A stretch of 64,000 nucleotides of DNA from Auanema rhodensis. Taxonomy: Eukaryota > Animalia > Nematoda. The position numbers and the translations under genes are program-made. Shown in pieces: positions 38,124-51,763 of this stretch. The stretch spans positions 15,004,001 to 15,068,000 of the forward strand of contig OZ059899.1 in the NCBI GenBank assembly GCA_964057225.1, read 5' to 3'. How positions within the stretch are numbered: position 1 is the stretch's first letter; each line of letters begins with the position of its first letter. The notes beneath the pieces are model-generated. The model worked only from the letters and a program-made list of their open reading frames with translations. It did no database searches and was not told the DNA's origin.

Positions 38124-39464
38124 TCTAACTGGAAAATTAGATATGAATAATAAATAAAACCAAAACAAATAATAGAAATATTAAAGAATTCAAAATATTT
38201 GATCAACAACAATTCCAAATTGATATTACATGTTACAATCAAAGGTACCCGTATCCGGAAATGCTCAGGTTGTGACTTATAGTTAGAAATTTAGAAAATC
38301 AATATATGAAATTACATAATTTATAGAAGAACTTATAGATTTCAAATTATATAGTGAGCGCGCCTAAAAACATGCGTAATTTCTGAGATGAACGGAATTG
38401 AAAATGATATTAATAGCCATAAGCCTGTCAAAGGACATATGGTTTATATGTCTTTTCTTCTCGGGCAAGATGTCTTAAACGAAATGAGATTATACTCGGA
38501 GGAACAAAGATAACGGTAAGACTATAATTGACTATACAACTACTAACAAGGGTGTGTTGTACTGAAAGTTGGCCGATTGAAACATCGTAAAACTAGCTAT
38601 TTTGATGGCTGTAGATCTATCCATCGGAGGGAAACAAAACGAGAAATGGGAATAGAGAGAGTTAGTGGATGAGAGTGAGAGAGAGAGAAAGGGAGAGATA
38701 AAGGTGAACAAAATGAACACATACATATGTGGTAAAAGAAAATGAAGAACATCAGAGGAGGAGCGTGAATCAATATGTGGAATTGACCTTAACCTTGACA
38801 ATCAGATGGCTGGTATCGGGCAGAATCACAATTGCATTGTACCCACTCAAGCCATATCCGCCTGTCCTGATTGATATTTTTTGACAATTTTTATGTTTTA
38901 GTAAGTAAGATTATTAGATATAATAAGTGCAAAGGTGAATGATGTAATTTCTTGTTCACAGCAAGCTGATCAATTAAACGAATCTATGAGTTGTAAGAAC
39001 TATAGGCATATATGTTCAGCATTTTATATATTGTATCAGGTTACCCAATTACAATGCTTGAGCTATATAAAATTAGATCTAGAGTGGTATTACAGGATGA
39101 GAGAAGAATAGCTAAAAGAACGAAGTACTTAACAATAGCATATTACTTTTTTTTGATTAAGAAATACTATACTATAATATTATCTCTTCCAATAAAAATA
39201 TTATATGATATTATAAATATATGTATATATGTATATAGGAATATTCTATTTTTATGACGAATATGTGAATGTATGAATAGTGCTGCTATATAGGTATAAT
39301 TAAGCTATATGAAGTTGAACCAAAGTGGACTGTTTAATGTTAACAAAGTCTCGACTGACTTGCGCATAAGCGGATTTGTATGAGAATTATATTAGAACAG
39401 ATTTAACTGATGGAAGACAGAGGGAGAGGTAAAGCGACAAAGGCTTACAAAAGCGATAGAGAGA

Positions 39465-39471
<7 letters not shown>

Positions 39472-39553
<82 letters not shown>
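39472..39553. repeat. (AG)n microsatellite, interrupted
   Basis: Directly visible. Confidence 0.9.
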
Positions 39554-39554
<1 letters not shown>

Positions 39555-41431
39555 CATTGAAAAGAGAATCAACCGTTCTATAGGTCTATTGAAAGCAAAA
39601 TGAAACGTGTCGTTAGTTTACGTGCGTTTTCACGTTATGCTAATACGCTTCATGTGAAAATTATGCTGAAAAGATAACAAAATTGCAGATGGGCGTTCTA
39701 GTTCACATATAAAGCCTGGACAACTACTTCTATTACTTTTTGTGATGAGAAAGTGAATGAGAAATAGGTTCGTAATTTAGAATGACAACAAATGAAACAA
39801 ACAATGATAAACATGTCATCCCAGAGGCTAATGGAAAAGTCTCTTCAGATGACAAATATGGACATGTGTCATCAAATCGGTTGAAAAAGACCGACAAAAA
39901 GCAATATACGCAACTTATGTCTGTTCTTTTTGAAATGATTAATATATTTTCTCTATCTCTTTCAAACTCTCACCCTTACTCCCCCTCTCCCTTTCTCTCT
40001 CTCTCTCTCTTCTTTGCCTTATATTCGTGTCATTTTTTTCTTTTTTTTTAAACATATTTTAGTCCACATGATTTGATCCTGAACCATATAGGCGACATGA
40101 AATGACTCACTCACTCTTTTACATTCATAATTGAATTCCATATCGTTATCCATATTCTCAATGTTCGAACATTTATGTGATTGAGAAGGAGGGACAGAGA
40201 GAATGAGGAAGACTCAGAGATGTGACAGTCACATTCAGTAGTCTTTGCTGCTGTCAACCATTCATGGTCAAGTAAAATCAAGAGGGTAGAATAAGGAAAT
40301 ATATGATAGAAGTGAGGAAGGGAAAGCAAGTAAGTAAGTGTGGTCCAAACAAGAGGAGCGTGAAAAGGAGTTTTTAAGAAAAAGAGGGAGAGGCAACAGA
40401 ATGAGATAAAGGGAAAAACGGCGATGGATGAAGAAGGAGATGCAAGAGAAAGAGATAAAGAGTTCCGAATCTCTGAAAGGTGTCAGGGGAAATGGTTATA
40501 TATTCTACATCTCTATGTATCTCTAACAATGATAGTAAACGGTTACAGTCATAGAATAAAGACATTAATCTATAGGACAATTGTTTCTTCTATTCGTTTT
40601 TCCTTTATTCTCTCTCTTTCCTCTCTCTTTCTCTCTTTATATTTTTCTTTTAATTTCTGCCAGAAAAGGACTGAAGTGTGGCACATAGTTTGACGTCAAA
40701 AAGTCCACAACAATGGAATTGAAAATGAGAAAGATCTTTTTTAAAAAAAAAGAAGGGAAATGTATAGCGATTTCCAGGAAAATTTACAGCAACTTTATGA
40801 TATGAAAAGAACGAAAAGTATAAAATAGAGCGCGAAACATCGAATATAGCAGTGTGATTGGATGACTTTTCATATGATGGATCCAAGATTGGACCAAAAA
40901 AGCTTCTGCCTAGTCTGAATCCGCGAGAGAAAAGTTGTGAATAGTTAGAATTGCGTGTCATGTCTTTGTATGAATCTACGTGAAATTAGAACAGACCCGA
41001 TAAGTTTTGGGGGACATAAACTGTTTGATGAAGAATGGCTGAAGAGAGCAATGCAAGTTAAGAGATTAGGTAGAGATAATAACAAGAGAGATGATGATCG
41101 GAGATATGAATACAGGCATGGAGTAGCAGCAGGCTATAGAGGTATTTCTATCTATTCTCTCTCAAAATTACACGTATAATGGTCCAAAATGATAATTGAG
41201 AAGTACTAGATATACAGTAGAAAAGAGAAGTAGTGTGGGGGTGAGAAATCGGAAAAACTATGGAAGACGTCGGCTTGGGTTCGGTTGATCGTTCAGTATT
41301 CTATAATCTCTCTTCTCTGCACTATAGCTGTATCAATAATTTGCGAATTGAGAACAAAAAGAAATATAATAACTACATAAATACAAAATTTGATCCAATT
41401 TTGAATAAATATGGTAAACATATATATATAT

Positions 41432-41433
<2 letters not shown>

Positions 41434-41486
<53 letters not shown>
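41434..41486. repeat. (AG)n microsatellite preceded by (AT)n
   Basis: Directly visible. Confidence 0.9.
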
Positions 41487-41491
<5 letters not shown>

Positions 41492-44400
41492 TCAATTTCA
41501 TGCAAAAAAACAACAAAAGAATTAAGATTATACAATTATAAATTATATCAAAAAACAACAAGAAAAATCTTGATCAAAGTGGTTCAAGAATACGTTCCAA
41601 TAATGTTTTTTTGAGGAAGTTTTAACAGGTGAGATTGGAAAACTGAAAAAAACTGAGCTAATCGGCTAGCTGCAGGCTTAGGCAACAACTATTGACACAA
41701 AGATAAAAAGACAATAACGGCTGGACAGGCAAGAAAGATGTGGGACGCTGATACATATAAAGCAGATCTATGACACGGCTCATGAAAACTGTCGTTAATA
41801 TATAAATATACTAGTCGCTAAGTGGAAAAAAAAAAGAAAAACTATTAATTGTAGAAATTAGAAGAAAAAGAAGAAATACAACCGTTCAACATGCCAAAAA
41901 ATATGAAAATGAGAGAGATTACACGCGCCGTTTGGGCTCATACTGGCGTCGTCCTAGGAATCTGTTTATGACAAAAAAGCTGCGGTCTACTTTCTTCCAT
42001 TGAATTCAGAAAAAAAGTAAAGTGAACTACTAGAAAAGGTTAATTGTAAAGAATAATATGGAGTAATCGATGTTTTTTGCCTTAGATCTTCCGCTCCAGT
42101 TACCAGAATTTGCAGATTCACAAAAATCATGAAAATTAGGCAGCGATCGTCGAACAAAGAAGATATTACATATGAAGCATTTGGCTATATATAATATATA
42201 TAATTAGAAAATAAGGTTGTATGATGGGTAAGAAAGATAAAAAGTATATTAAACGTATGAAATACAGACACAATTGACAAAATTATGAAAAATGATGAAC
42301 AAAGATAAACAGAAACCCAAAGTTGTTGTTTAGAAAATAGGTGCGAAATTGGAACAACGTAAACAAGTAATATGAGAAGTGCAAAAACCAAAGCAAATGA
42401 CGCATACAACGCTCATCGTCGAAGGTTTTTTTTTAGTTTCTCACATCCAAACATGTATGAATGTATCTAATCTAGGATGAGGAAATGTTCATATAAACCA
42501 TCGTAGACATACAATATGTCATCGCTGGTTATGATCATAGAGATGATCGTACATACATATAACATAAAAGAAAATTAGTAATAATTAAGATTTATTCACA
42601 TAGTTAAAGTGAAAACTAATGTCCTTCTTAAATTTCGTGTTCATACCATTCAAAACGGAAATTGTATATTTTGAGGCGAGTTTTTCAGTCTTCTTCCTAT
42701 TGAAAGGCAAGCCTTAGCCTGTTTGCATAGCGAAGTTTGCTGGGAAAAGGCAAAGCAATTGATTGGACGAGCCGACAAAACGAACATGATTCCCTTGAAA
42801 AAGTGCTTTTTAACGGCTCCGACGATGGTCTTCTGTATTTTTCAAATCATTATTGTTATAGGAATGTTTAATAGTCATCACATAAGAGACTATACTTCGA
42901 TGACATGTGTGTATGTAAGTGGCTATATGACACTAAGAACTCTACGGAAAGAAAAGAAGATTGCATTTTCAAAGATTTGAATCACCACCTGCCTCGATAA
43001 GATAAGAGAATTTATGCGAAAAAAAGAAAAAGCAAGCACAAGTTTGTTTATAATCTGGGAACTTGAAGCTATTTCTAGCTATTTGTTATCACATATGACT
43101 TGGACAAATCAATAATAGGCTATTATAGGAGCTACTGTAGAGATTTCAAAAACGGTGGAAAAAGCAGAAGAAGAAGAAGAAGTGGAAAGAAGGAAGTGGA
43201 AAGAAGGAAGAAGGAAGAGGGTGCAAAGTGGTTAAGAATCAAAATCATGTTATTGTGCAAACGATATATTCTTATGAATATTCTTCTTCAAATTCATGAA
43301 ATAAAGTTGTAAATTCTTATAGATACATAGCCGTTTTCAAGAAATATATTACTTACAGCGACACATCTTCAGATTTGTAAATTTCGAATAAATAAAACAT
43401 GAAATATGATTGATGGGAATGAATGAGGTAGAGAGATCGAAGGAGAAACGATTGATTATCATAAAACTCTCAACCAAATTTGCACGAGAATGCCGCAAAA
43501 CCTGATCAAACAGGCTGTATCAGATGATACAACAACAAAAATTTATTTTCGTTGCTATTCTCGTTCAGAATATTAATTCATATGATTATGATAATCAGAA
43601 GAATGATATATCACTACATCATCACACAGCTATATCACCAAAATACCATAGCTATGAAACAAAAAGACTATAGAGAGCTAGCTTTTCTTTTATATCTCAT
43701 CTTCGGTCATCTCATTTCTTCATCAGCATAAGCATAAACAGCTCAAACCTGAAACTCGCACAAATGGTGGCGATGCGTGAAACTGCTAACATCACCAACG
43801 GTGCAACCCACAACGGCTACAACATCAATATTGCCTATGACCTCTACGACAACAACAGTGAAAGGAAAGGAAAACGAAAAGGTGAAGAGAAAGTATATGA
43901 AGTGAATGGAGAGACTGTCGCAAAGAAGACGAACGAAGTGAGATAGAAAGAGGATCAGCCAACAGTTGAGTAAATAGAACAATTCGAAAAATCATCAAAG
44001 CCATCGATCGCATGACCATTGCTGATTGTGATAGAAGCAATATCCAGTCATAATCAGAAGATTTAGGATATCTATTTGAATTAAAAGCCAAGAAAAAGCA
44101 TATGTGAGAGAAGGAATAATTAAACAAAGAATTCGAAATAATTCAGAAACATTTGATGCAGTTGAAAACAACAATAACAACAACAGCAAAAAAACTAAAA
44201 TATAATAACTTGTATAAATAATAAAGATAAGAAGATCTTCAAATAAGCTGACAAATACTAAAAAAATGTGGAAAATCCATGTGTTATATTCATTTAATCA
44301 GATTTCTAACTTTACATTTCATTTTTGTGTTATTATTAGCAAATAAATAAAAGGTTTTTGATACTATTTCACAGCTTAAATCTTATAATATCAAGTAAAA

Positions 44401-44514
44401 ATTATTAGATAAACAAAAACAATAACTATGTTGAAACTTATAGTTGTTATATAAGAAGTTTCAGTAACATTTAATCAATGTGGTATAATGAAATGCTAAC
44501 TATCCGAACTTACA

Positions 44515-44628
44515 TAGCCGCTATACGTGAACTATGACGTCTGCATTGCCGCCGTACGTGAACTTTTAGCCGTGCACACCTGGCATACGTGAACTTTCAG
44601 CCATGCACACCTGGCTTACGTGAACTTT
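44515..44628. repeat. 31-bp minisatellite, ~3.5 degenerate units with invariant TACGTGAACT core
   Basis: Core starts at 44524, 44555, 44586 and 44617. Confidence 0.85.
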
Positions 44629-45291
44629 CTGTTGTTTATTGATTGTTTTTTACTTCTTTATCTTTCTTACCAAGTCATTTTCAGTATAAAATACTAATTT
44701 CTCTTTCTAATACTATGTTTTCTTATAATATATATTATAAATGAATAGTGGTTAACTTGATAGATCTAATCTAATCAATATTTCATAACAAATAATATTA
44801 TTGTATTGTATTGTGATTAGAATAAAAATCTAATTTCAATGAGTTAAAGTAATAATTTTGATTCACAAATAATATTATAACATATTTATTTCAAATATTG
44901 TAAAACACTGGGAGAATATTTTCATCATTCAATAGATGAGTTAAGGATATGTTTATTATATACAATTAATTTATAAAATAATTATTAGAAATGGTATGTA
45001 TGTTAATTCAAAAAAATTACCAAACAAGTGTAATTAACAGTGCCTATTATAACATACATAATCTGCATGTGAATATATATTATATAATATATTGGTTTGA
45101 TAACTACATATTCTGGATATACATATACTGATTATTATAAGTAATTTCATGTACGGCTAATAGATGAGGTTTTTATGTATTATGTATAGTATAAGATTTT
45201 ATAAATTAAGCATATTTTGATTTGAATACACTTGCCCTTAATCTTGTCTTATCCACAACTTCCTCCTAAATAATTTCATATGAAAAGAGTC

Positions 45292-46872
45292 TTAAACATT
45301 TGACCTTCGTACTTCCTCTGTCTCTTCACTAGCCATACGGTTACTTCTTAACGGTACACTACCAACTGAAACGGTTATAGTTAGTATTTATGATTTCTTT
45401 CAATTCATATCAAAGAATGTAGAGTTATAACATACGGGACATGCAATAGCTATGTTTCTTGTTTTGCCTTCCAGTAACATCTCGTAAAAATTCAACCTAT
45501 AAAGAATTACGTATTATATTCATTTTTCCTATAAAACTTGAAACATATTTAACATATTCATTAAACAACGAAGTTGTTATCTACTTCACAAACCTGATAA
45601 GAGCCATTTCCTTCCGAGATTGCATTAGCTGCACTACAGCCAAGTAAAGCGCATTTACGTGTGGCTGAGTCAACTGTTTCTCCGGATGATTTCCCCAATA
45701 CAAAGCCATTACAGGCCTTGAATACAAAGTTACGTGAGGTTACATATCTATGCACATCTTACCTGATTGTAATAAGTGACGAAATTCTTGCTACTTTGAC
45801 TATTTACTGGATCTTCTCTGAAGACAGCTAAGTATTCATCACTCTCAGATACATGATTACTAGATGAGACCTAAACGATCATTTATATGAATGAGAGACT
45901 GAATTGGTTTTTTTCGTTTTCTTTATTTCCCAACTTTTGAAATTCAAATTTTCTTTTTTTCTAAAATATGGCTTATACGTGCTTTATAGAACGATTAGGA
46001 ATGAATTAGTCAGCTAAACTAATCTTATGTCAAAATTTTATACTCAAAAATTGATCCGCCTACTTGAATTTGGCCAGGGGCGCTATATCCCGAAGTCTGA
46101 GTCAGAGGAGCCATCGAGTATCCGAAGACCGGTTTCGTACTGGCTACGGTATAAGTTTCGGATGATTCGTCAGCTGGTTCACTAGTTACTGGCTGTTCTG
46201 AAAGGAAAACTTTCATAACTTCCTTATATTCCTTTCATGTCACGAACCATATCCTGCAGGAGCAATTGCAACGGAAGTCTCAGTTTCATGAGTTTCAATG
46301 GATTTCTGATTTACGGGTTGACTTGGAATATTGGGTTGTGGATGTTGCTTATGTGGAACCATTTTGAAAATAGGGGAGGAGAGATAAGAGTTTGTAGAAG
46401 CAACACGAGCTGGGATTAGAACTGGTGGAGCAACTGGAGGAGGAATAGCAATTGGAGCTGGTGGTGGAGCTATATATCCTTCATATGGCTTGATATATGA
46501 AGATGGAGCAGCATTAACGGAATAATCAACAGAGTGATCCTAAATACAAATGAATATGAAGATATTTCTTTTTAGGGTTACCGGATAACTTTGAACATAT
46601 GAAGGTTGCTGTTGAACGGAGAAGGAAGTTATAGCTGGAGCAGCGGCTGGGTAAGCCACAGGTGCAGGATAAGCAACTGGGGCAGAAGCTCCACAAGGAC
46701 AACTACTGCAACCACATCCAGCTCCCAAACCTAGAAAACCCATGAATTAGATTGAGTTCATTGTATTGGAAGTTTTTTTTCTTTAGTAAGTCTTCAGTAA
46801 GAGAAACGAACCGTTTGAAAAGCATCCAAATGCTGTTGATGATAACATGAGTAGAATGAGAACCTGAACCAT
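45292..46872 (-). CDS. Secreted Pro/Ala/Tyr-rich protein with CGCSSCPC motif and a small C-terminal Cys domain (possibly cuticle/apical ECM)
   Basis: Signal peptide MVQVLILLMLSSTAFG; FLGLGAGCGCSSCPCGASAPVAYPAPVAYPAAAP; PPPAPIAIPPPVAPP; C-terminal ACNGFVLGKSSGETVDSATRKCALLGCSAANA...YCMSL; stop TAA at 45294-45292. Confidence 0.75.
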
Positions 46873-49187
46873 GATGTAGTTCAAAAAGACTTGAAAGTAG
46901 TTGAGTATTCTGAAAACAGAAAGAAAATAAGCATAACTAAGAATAGCATCATAAGAGAAGCATAAGATAAGTGTCATTCATATCAATGTAACGAGCTAAA
47001 CTGAAAAGTTGAAAGTCCAGATAGGGGGCGGAGCAACATCTGAGGTTAGTGGGCCATTTGTAATGGCATCTGAAGACATACGTCAACACCATTTAATAAT
47101 CAAAACCGGATTGGATGTCGGAAGGCGGAAAGAGATATAGTATCCATAACATCCTACGGTCGAAGCTTGATTTCACACCACATTTTTCAATTTGACGACG
47201 TTAATCGGATGTATACAGTAAAAATTGGTTAAAATCTCACAGATGTTTGTCCAAATACAATTCGTGTTAACCATTTTAAGCGTAGCTTGGCTGATATATG
47301 AAACTAGTACCAGGAAATATATTGAAAGAAAGTCTGTATCAACATATGAATACAATTCTATTTCATCTCAGAATCCTTTTTTCGCAATACCGGATTGATG
47401 CAGATATGAACATTAATCTTGGAACATGGTCAAGGTGTGAAAAATGCAGAGAAAAAAAAACGGATCTAATGAGGATGAAGAACATTATACATGAATGTTA
47501 GGATTACTCCAAAGAGTTATCTTCTTTTATATTCGAATATAGTTAGTAGTATGGGATAGAATAGCTGACGATAATCAAGTTCAGAGGTACATCAACGCTG
47601 CCTAGATGATTACTTGGTATGAATATGCGAGAAGTAGATAGAAAGACGATAAGCGGAATTGTACAATAACTAACAGAAAGTACAACTTTACAAAAAAAAT
47701 CGAAAACTGATAGAATAATCTATGACATCAACTGTATTTGATATTTTAAAAAATTTCTGTGAAGAAAATGAACGTCAAGGAGATACATGATGTCAACTAC
47801 ATTTAGATGAAGAGTAATAATAAAAGTGAAAGAAGGATGTTAAAGTGCAAAAAGGGATAAACGAATAGTGAACAGTCAGAAACATTGAAAAAACGAGGCT
47901 ACTTCATTGAGGATTAGGTGAAATGGTCGAAGGTGAATTGGAGGCATCGTTCAGTGGGATTAGCCAACGAAGATATAGTCTATATACTTCCTTTGATTCA
48001 TGTCCATCTTATGTTCCTATGAAATATAAGTATGAATATATGAAGAAAAAGTGAAAAAATACAAAATAAAATAATCGAAAGGTTTGGAAACAATTGGTGA
48101 TGAATTGAAAATAGGGGGGGGGGAGTTAACTGTTAGATTACCGTCGTATATATTTTTTCTTTTTAACTTTACGTCCACTCAATTCAAATCCCCGAGCATC
48201 TCAAATCAAACTTGAGAATTTTTTTAAAAGATGCAATAGATTTAAAAGCTTGATTTCATAATTGCTTTGTCTTTTTGGCATGCATGTGGCCGAAGAACAG
48301 ACAGTATTCATCTTCATCCTCAACCCCAAAAACGTTATAATTGCTAAGCATGTAACGTAAAAGGAAACCAGCCTGATGAAATACACCTGATGGTTCGAAA
48401 GTAAAAAGAACACTAAAAACTTGAATCTTAGCATTCTTTATGTTATTGTTATAACTTCTACAATTTTTTTGTTCAAAATAAAACACACGGATCGCATATA
48501 TGTATTGGATATCTTGTGTTCAATGATCCATAGCTGGTAAGAAATTTCATCAGAAGTTAGCAAGCAACATAGCTATCCTTATACAATCGTACAAATCTCC
48601 AAACTGGTTTACACTATTTGTAAATTCAGTACTTTGACTTCTAGAAAGGACATGAGTATAAATCAATTAGTTTAAAAGTTCCAAATTGCTTCACCGTGTT
48701 CCGCTAAACTTAGAAACTAGTCTTAGACTTGCCATATATATCTTAAGTTAGTAAAAGCGGATTATCAATTCTTCTAATGCCGAGCATATTGTTTAATACC
48801 TTTCGAAAAATATTAGAGTACTTTCTCAAAATACTTGGAAGTTGAAAGATTTTTTGCTTCCCTTTTCTATGAAACTTAGTCAACCCTTCTTATTGAACCT
48901 ACTGACAATAATTTCATATAGAACGAAAACATAATTATTATGTCAAACCTATGAAGATTCTGTTTATCACTAATTTGTGGCATGAAATGTTTGAAAGAAC
49001 TCTTTGAATAAACGACTATTTTTAAATTTCCTTTGAAAAATAGTACTCCCAAGCACTTTTTATCAATCAACAACAGTTCAAAGTAACAAAGATGAATATT
49101 TTGATATATATAAAGTGAAATTGTTTTTTATCAGTGCTTTATGAAAAGAGCAAAAACAATCTAGTTATATTCAAAAAACAAAACTTT

Positions 49188-49260
49188 CGACCCTGGCAGG
49201 ACTCGAACCTGCAATCTTCGGATCCGAAGTCCGACGCCTTATCCATTAGGCCACAAGGCC
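49188..49260 (-). tRNA. tRNA-Arg (anticodon TCG)
   Basis: GGCCTTGTGGCCTAATGGATAAGGCGTCGGACTTCGGATCCGAAGATTGCAGGTTCGAGTCCTGCCAGGGTCG: 73 nt, A/B boxes, oligo-T terminator downstream. Confidence 0.97.
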
Positions 49261-49574
49261 ACGTTGTACAAGTTACTCCGAGCGGAGAAGACGCCAGTGA
49301 CCTATAGTACAGCAGTAAGACTATTGCCCCCGAACAAGTCGTAGACATAGACAGAACAAAGATTTTTAAAAATTTTTTATTCATCAAACTATCATACAAT
49401 TTAAAAAACAAAAAATTATCAACAAGATCTAACAACAAGAAGCCTATAGCCTACACATCTATTAAAAAAATCTAATCACCCGTATTCGTTTTATAACAAA
49501 ACACTTTGTTAAAAAAGTTTCCTATAACCTTAGTTTGGAAAGTAAATAGCTACTACTGCATTTTTCAAAAAGAT

Positions 49575-51416
49575 TTAAACAGCTAGAGCTGCTTCTTGCA
49601 TATGAACTTCCAATAATTTCCAGGCAACAGCTGGATTGTATTCTTCCATGTCACGACACATTACCCATACGTGATGAACCCTAACTGGATTTGTCTGGAA
49701 TAAACAGTAAATAGATCAGAATTTTTTGTAGCTGAAACTAACCGCATCTCCTTGGACAACTTTGCCTTCAGAATTTTTAACAACATTGATCATGAAAGCT
49801 TGGAATGTAATAATGAGTACTGGACCTTGTTCCATCATTTTACCGGAAACCATCTGTTAAAATGGAATATGAATGAATATTAAGAAACTACCTTACCTCG
49901 ACTTTATGAATATCAATAATTTTAGAATCAGCCGTTGAGAACTTAATTTTTTCATATTCCTTAACCACAGTAGCAAGAGCATTGTATGCCTTAGAAAAAA
50001 AAGTTTAGTACTAAAAGTACAGAAAGAAGCATACTCTCTCGTGGCACCAATCTTGAAGAATTTCCAAATTTCCGCCAATGAATGCTTCCAGAATGTTAGG
50101 GATAACTTCACGTTCACAGAACTTAAGCCATTCTCCCTTGTCGAAAGATGGATCAACCTTGGCAATCTCAGTTAGAACTTCAGAAACTTCGTTTTGGCCA
50201 GCTTAATAAACATAAATAGAAGATATAGCTGTTTCAAAAATACCGAAAACACTAGAAACGCGATCAGTCACATTCCTTAATATTCTAACAGCAACGTTGT
50301 CACTCTCTTCGTAACGAATCTTCCAGTCAAGAAGTTCTATAATATATGAATAATGAAAAAGAAGTTTTAATCTTCACGAACTATTATAATATGCATTTTC
50401 TTCAGAGAATTTTTTCCATCCAGCAGCCCACTTAGAATCTTTATGTAATGTAACATCGGTTGCATCACTTAATTTGAAAATAGAAAAAAGAAATATAGGC
50501 TCAGCTTACTCATTAGCTTCAACAGTACGCTTGGACCATTCACTGGATAAGAAACCTTCAGTTCTCTTTTTTAATTGAGCTGTAAATCATTAGCAGTTTA
50601 AAAAGATATATTTTGAGGAAAAGTAACTTACTTGGTCTACTGTACATTCGTACATCAGCAATACTATCAATCTCTTCTTTCACATTTTGCATAGACTGAG
50701 ATGTCAAACATTAAATTATATTTCATGATAAATCTTACCGTTGAGACTTGCTTGTATACTTCGGTATCCCCAACTTTCTCAGCCATTTTTTCAACGTGTT
50801 CTGCAGCAACTCGAGCCTAAGTCGTAAGTTACACACACAAACCAAAAATAATTAAATTTTACTTGTTTTAATGCTTCTTCTCCAGCAGCAGTAATTTTCT
50901 TACCAGCCTCTGTCTTTTGAACTTCTTTCACCATCTGAAAGCAAATATATTTTTTTAAAGAAATAATAGTAGGTGTACCTTAGAAATCTGATCAGTAAGT
51001 TCTTCCATTCTCTGCTTCACAACTTCTGAACTTTTCAATGTTTGTTTCTCAACAATTTCCTTAATAGATGTACTGTAAACTATTCACAACTCATGCAACA
51101 TACAAATTTCTTTCTTGCTTCTTTTAGTTGTTCACTGTCGTTCAGCTCTTTCATTCTGTCTCTGAGTTGTGCTTGGTGATCCTAAATAAATTTGATTACT
51201 AAAGCAATTGATATCAGTGTTTACCTTCAATTCTTTATTTCTATCAAGTTCCTCTCTGACATTGTCAATCAAATTTCCAATAAAACCTTTCTTTTGGGGC
51301 TGACTATATTCACGAGAGGCAACAAGGGCGGCACATGATGGGATAATTTTGATTACAGAATTAAAAGGAGCATTTTTATTTGTTAAAATCTTAGAAACAC
51401 GGATAGCCCGAAACAT
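49575..51416 (-). CDS. tin-44: Mitochondrial inner membrane import translocase subunit TIM44
   Basis: TTTCAG directly before ATG; basic presequence; KKGFIGNLIDNVREELDRNKELK; TDVTLHKDSKWAAGWKKF; YEESDNVAVR; GKMMEQGPVLIITFQ; HHVWVMCRDMEEYNPAVAWKLLE. Confidence 0.93.
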
Positions 51417-51763
51417 CTGAAAGAAAAATGATGCAAGAATTTGAAAAACATTGAAAAATCACTCATGAAATCGACTATATTACTTGTGAAACTATTCATA
51501 ATTTTGAAAAACGCGCTCTTCCAAAATTTAACAACATAATAATTTAAGAAAGCTATTAACTCTATTCAAAAATAGTAAGCTTAGCTTACTACTTAAGGCT
51601 TAACTATGGCAAGGGTAGCCGGCGCCCCATGTTATTGTAAGGGTAATCTTGCCGGGACCTATTATTTTCAGAGGCGCGAGAATTAATTATACGAATGTTT
51701 ACAATATACCCTCAGTGGCTGTTCCTTGTTCGTTAAGTTTCAACTTTTTCACTCAGGAATACA
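51417..51763. promoter_or_regulatory. Compact bidirectional promoter between tin-44 and san-1
   Basis: 347 bp between divergent ATGs; GC-rich patch at 51608-51680 with AAGGGTA twice and an E2F-like GGCGCGAGAA. Confidence 0.5.

Noticed and set aside
44515-44628. CRISPR-like repeat-spacer appearance
   Set aside because: Spacers are homologous to each other, the context is eukaryotic and there are no cas genes; it is a minisatellite.
38124-45291. Short ORFs in the region upstream of exc-4
   Set aside because: Microsatellite-derived or low-complexity; no consistent exon chain.
49139-49438. 99-aa ORF
   Set aside because: Overlaps the tRNA-Arg gene and its flank; not coding.
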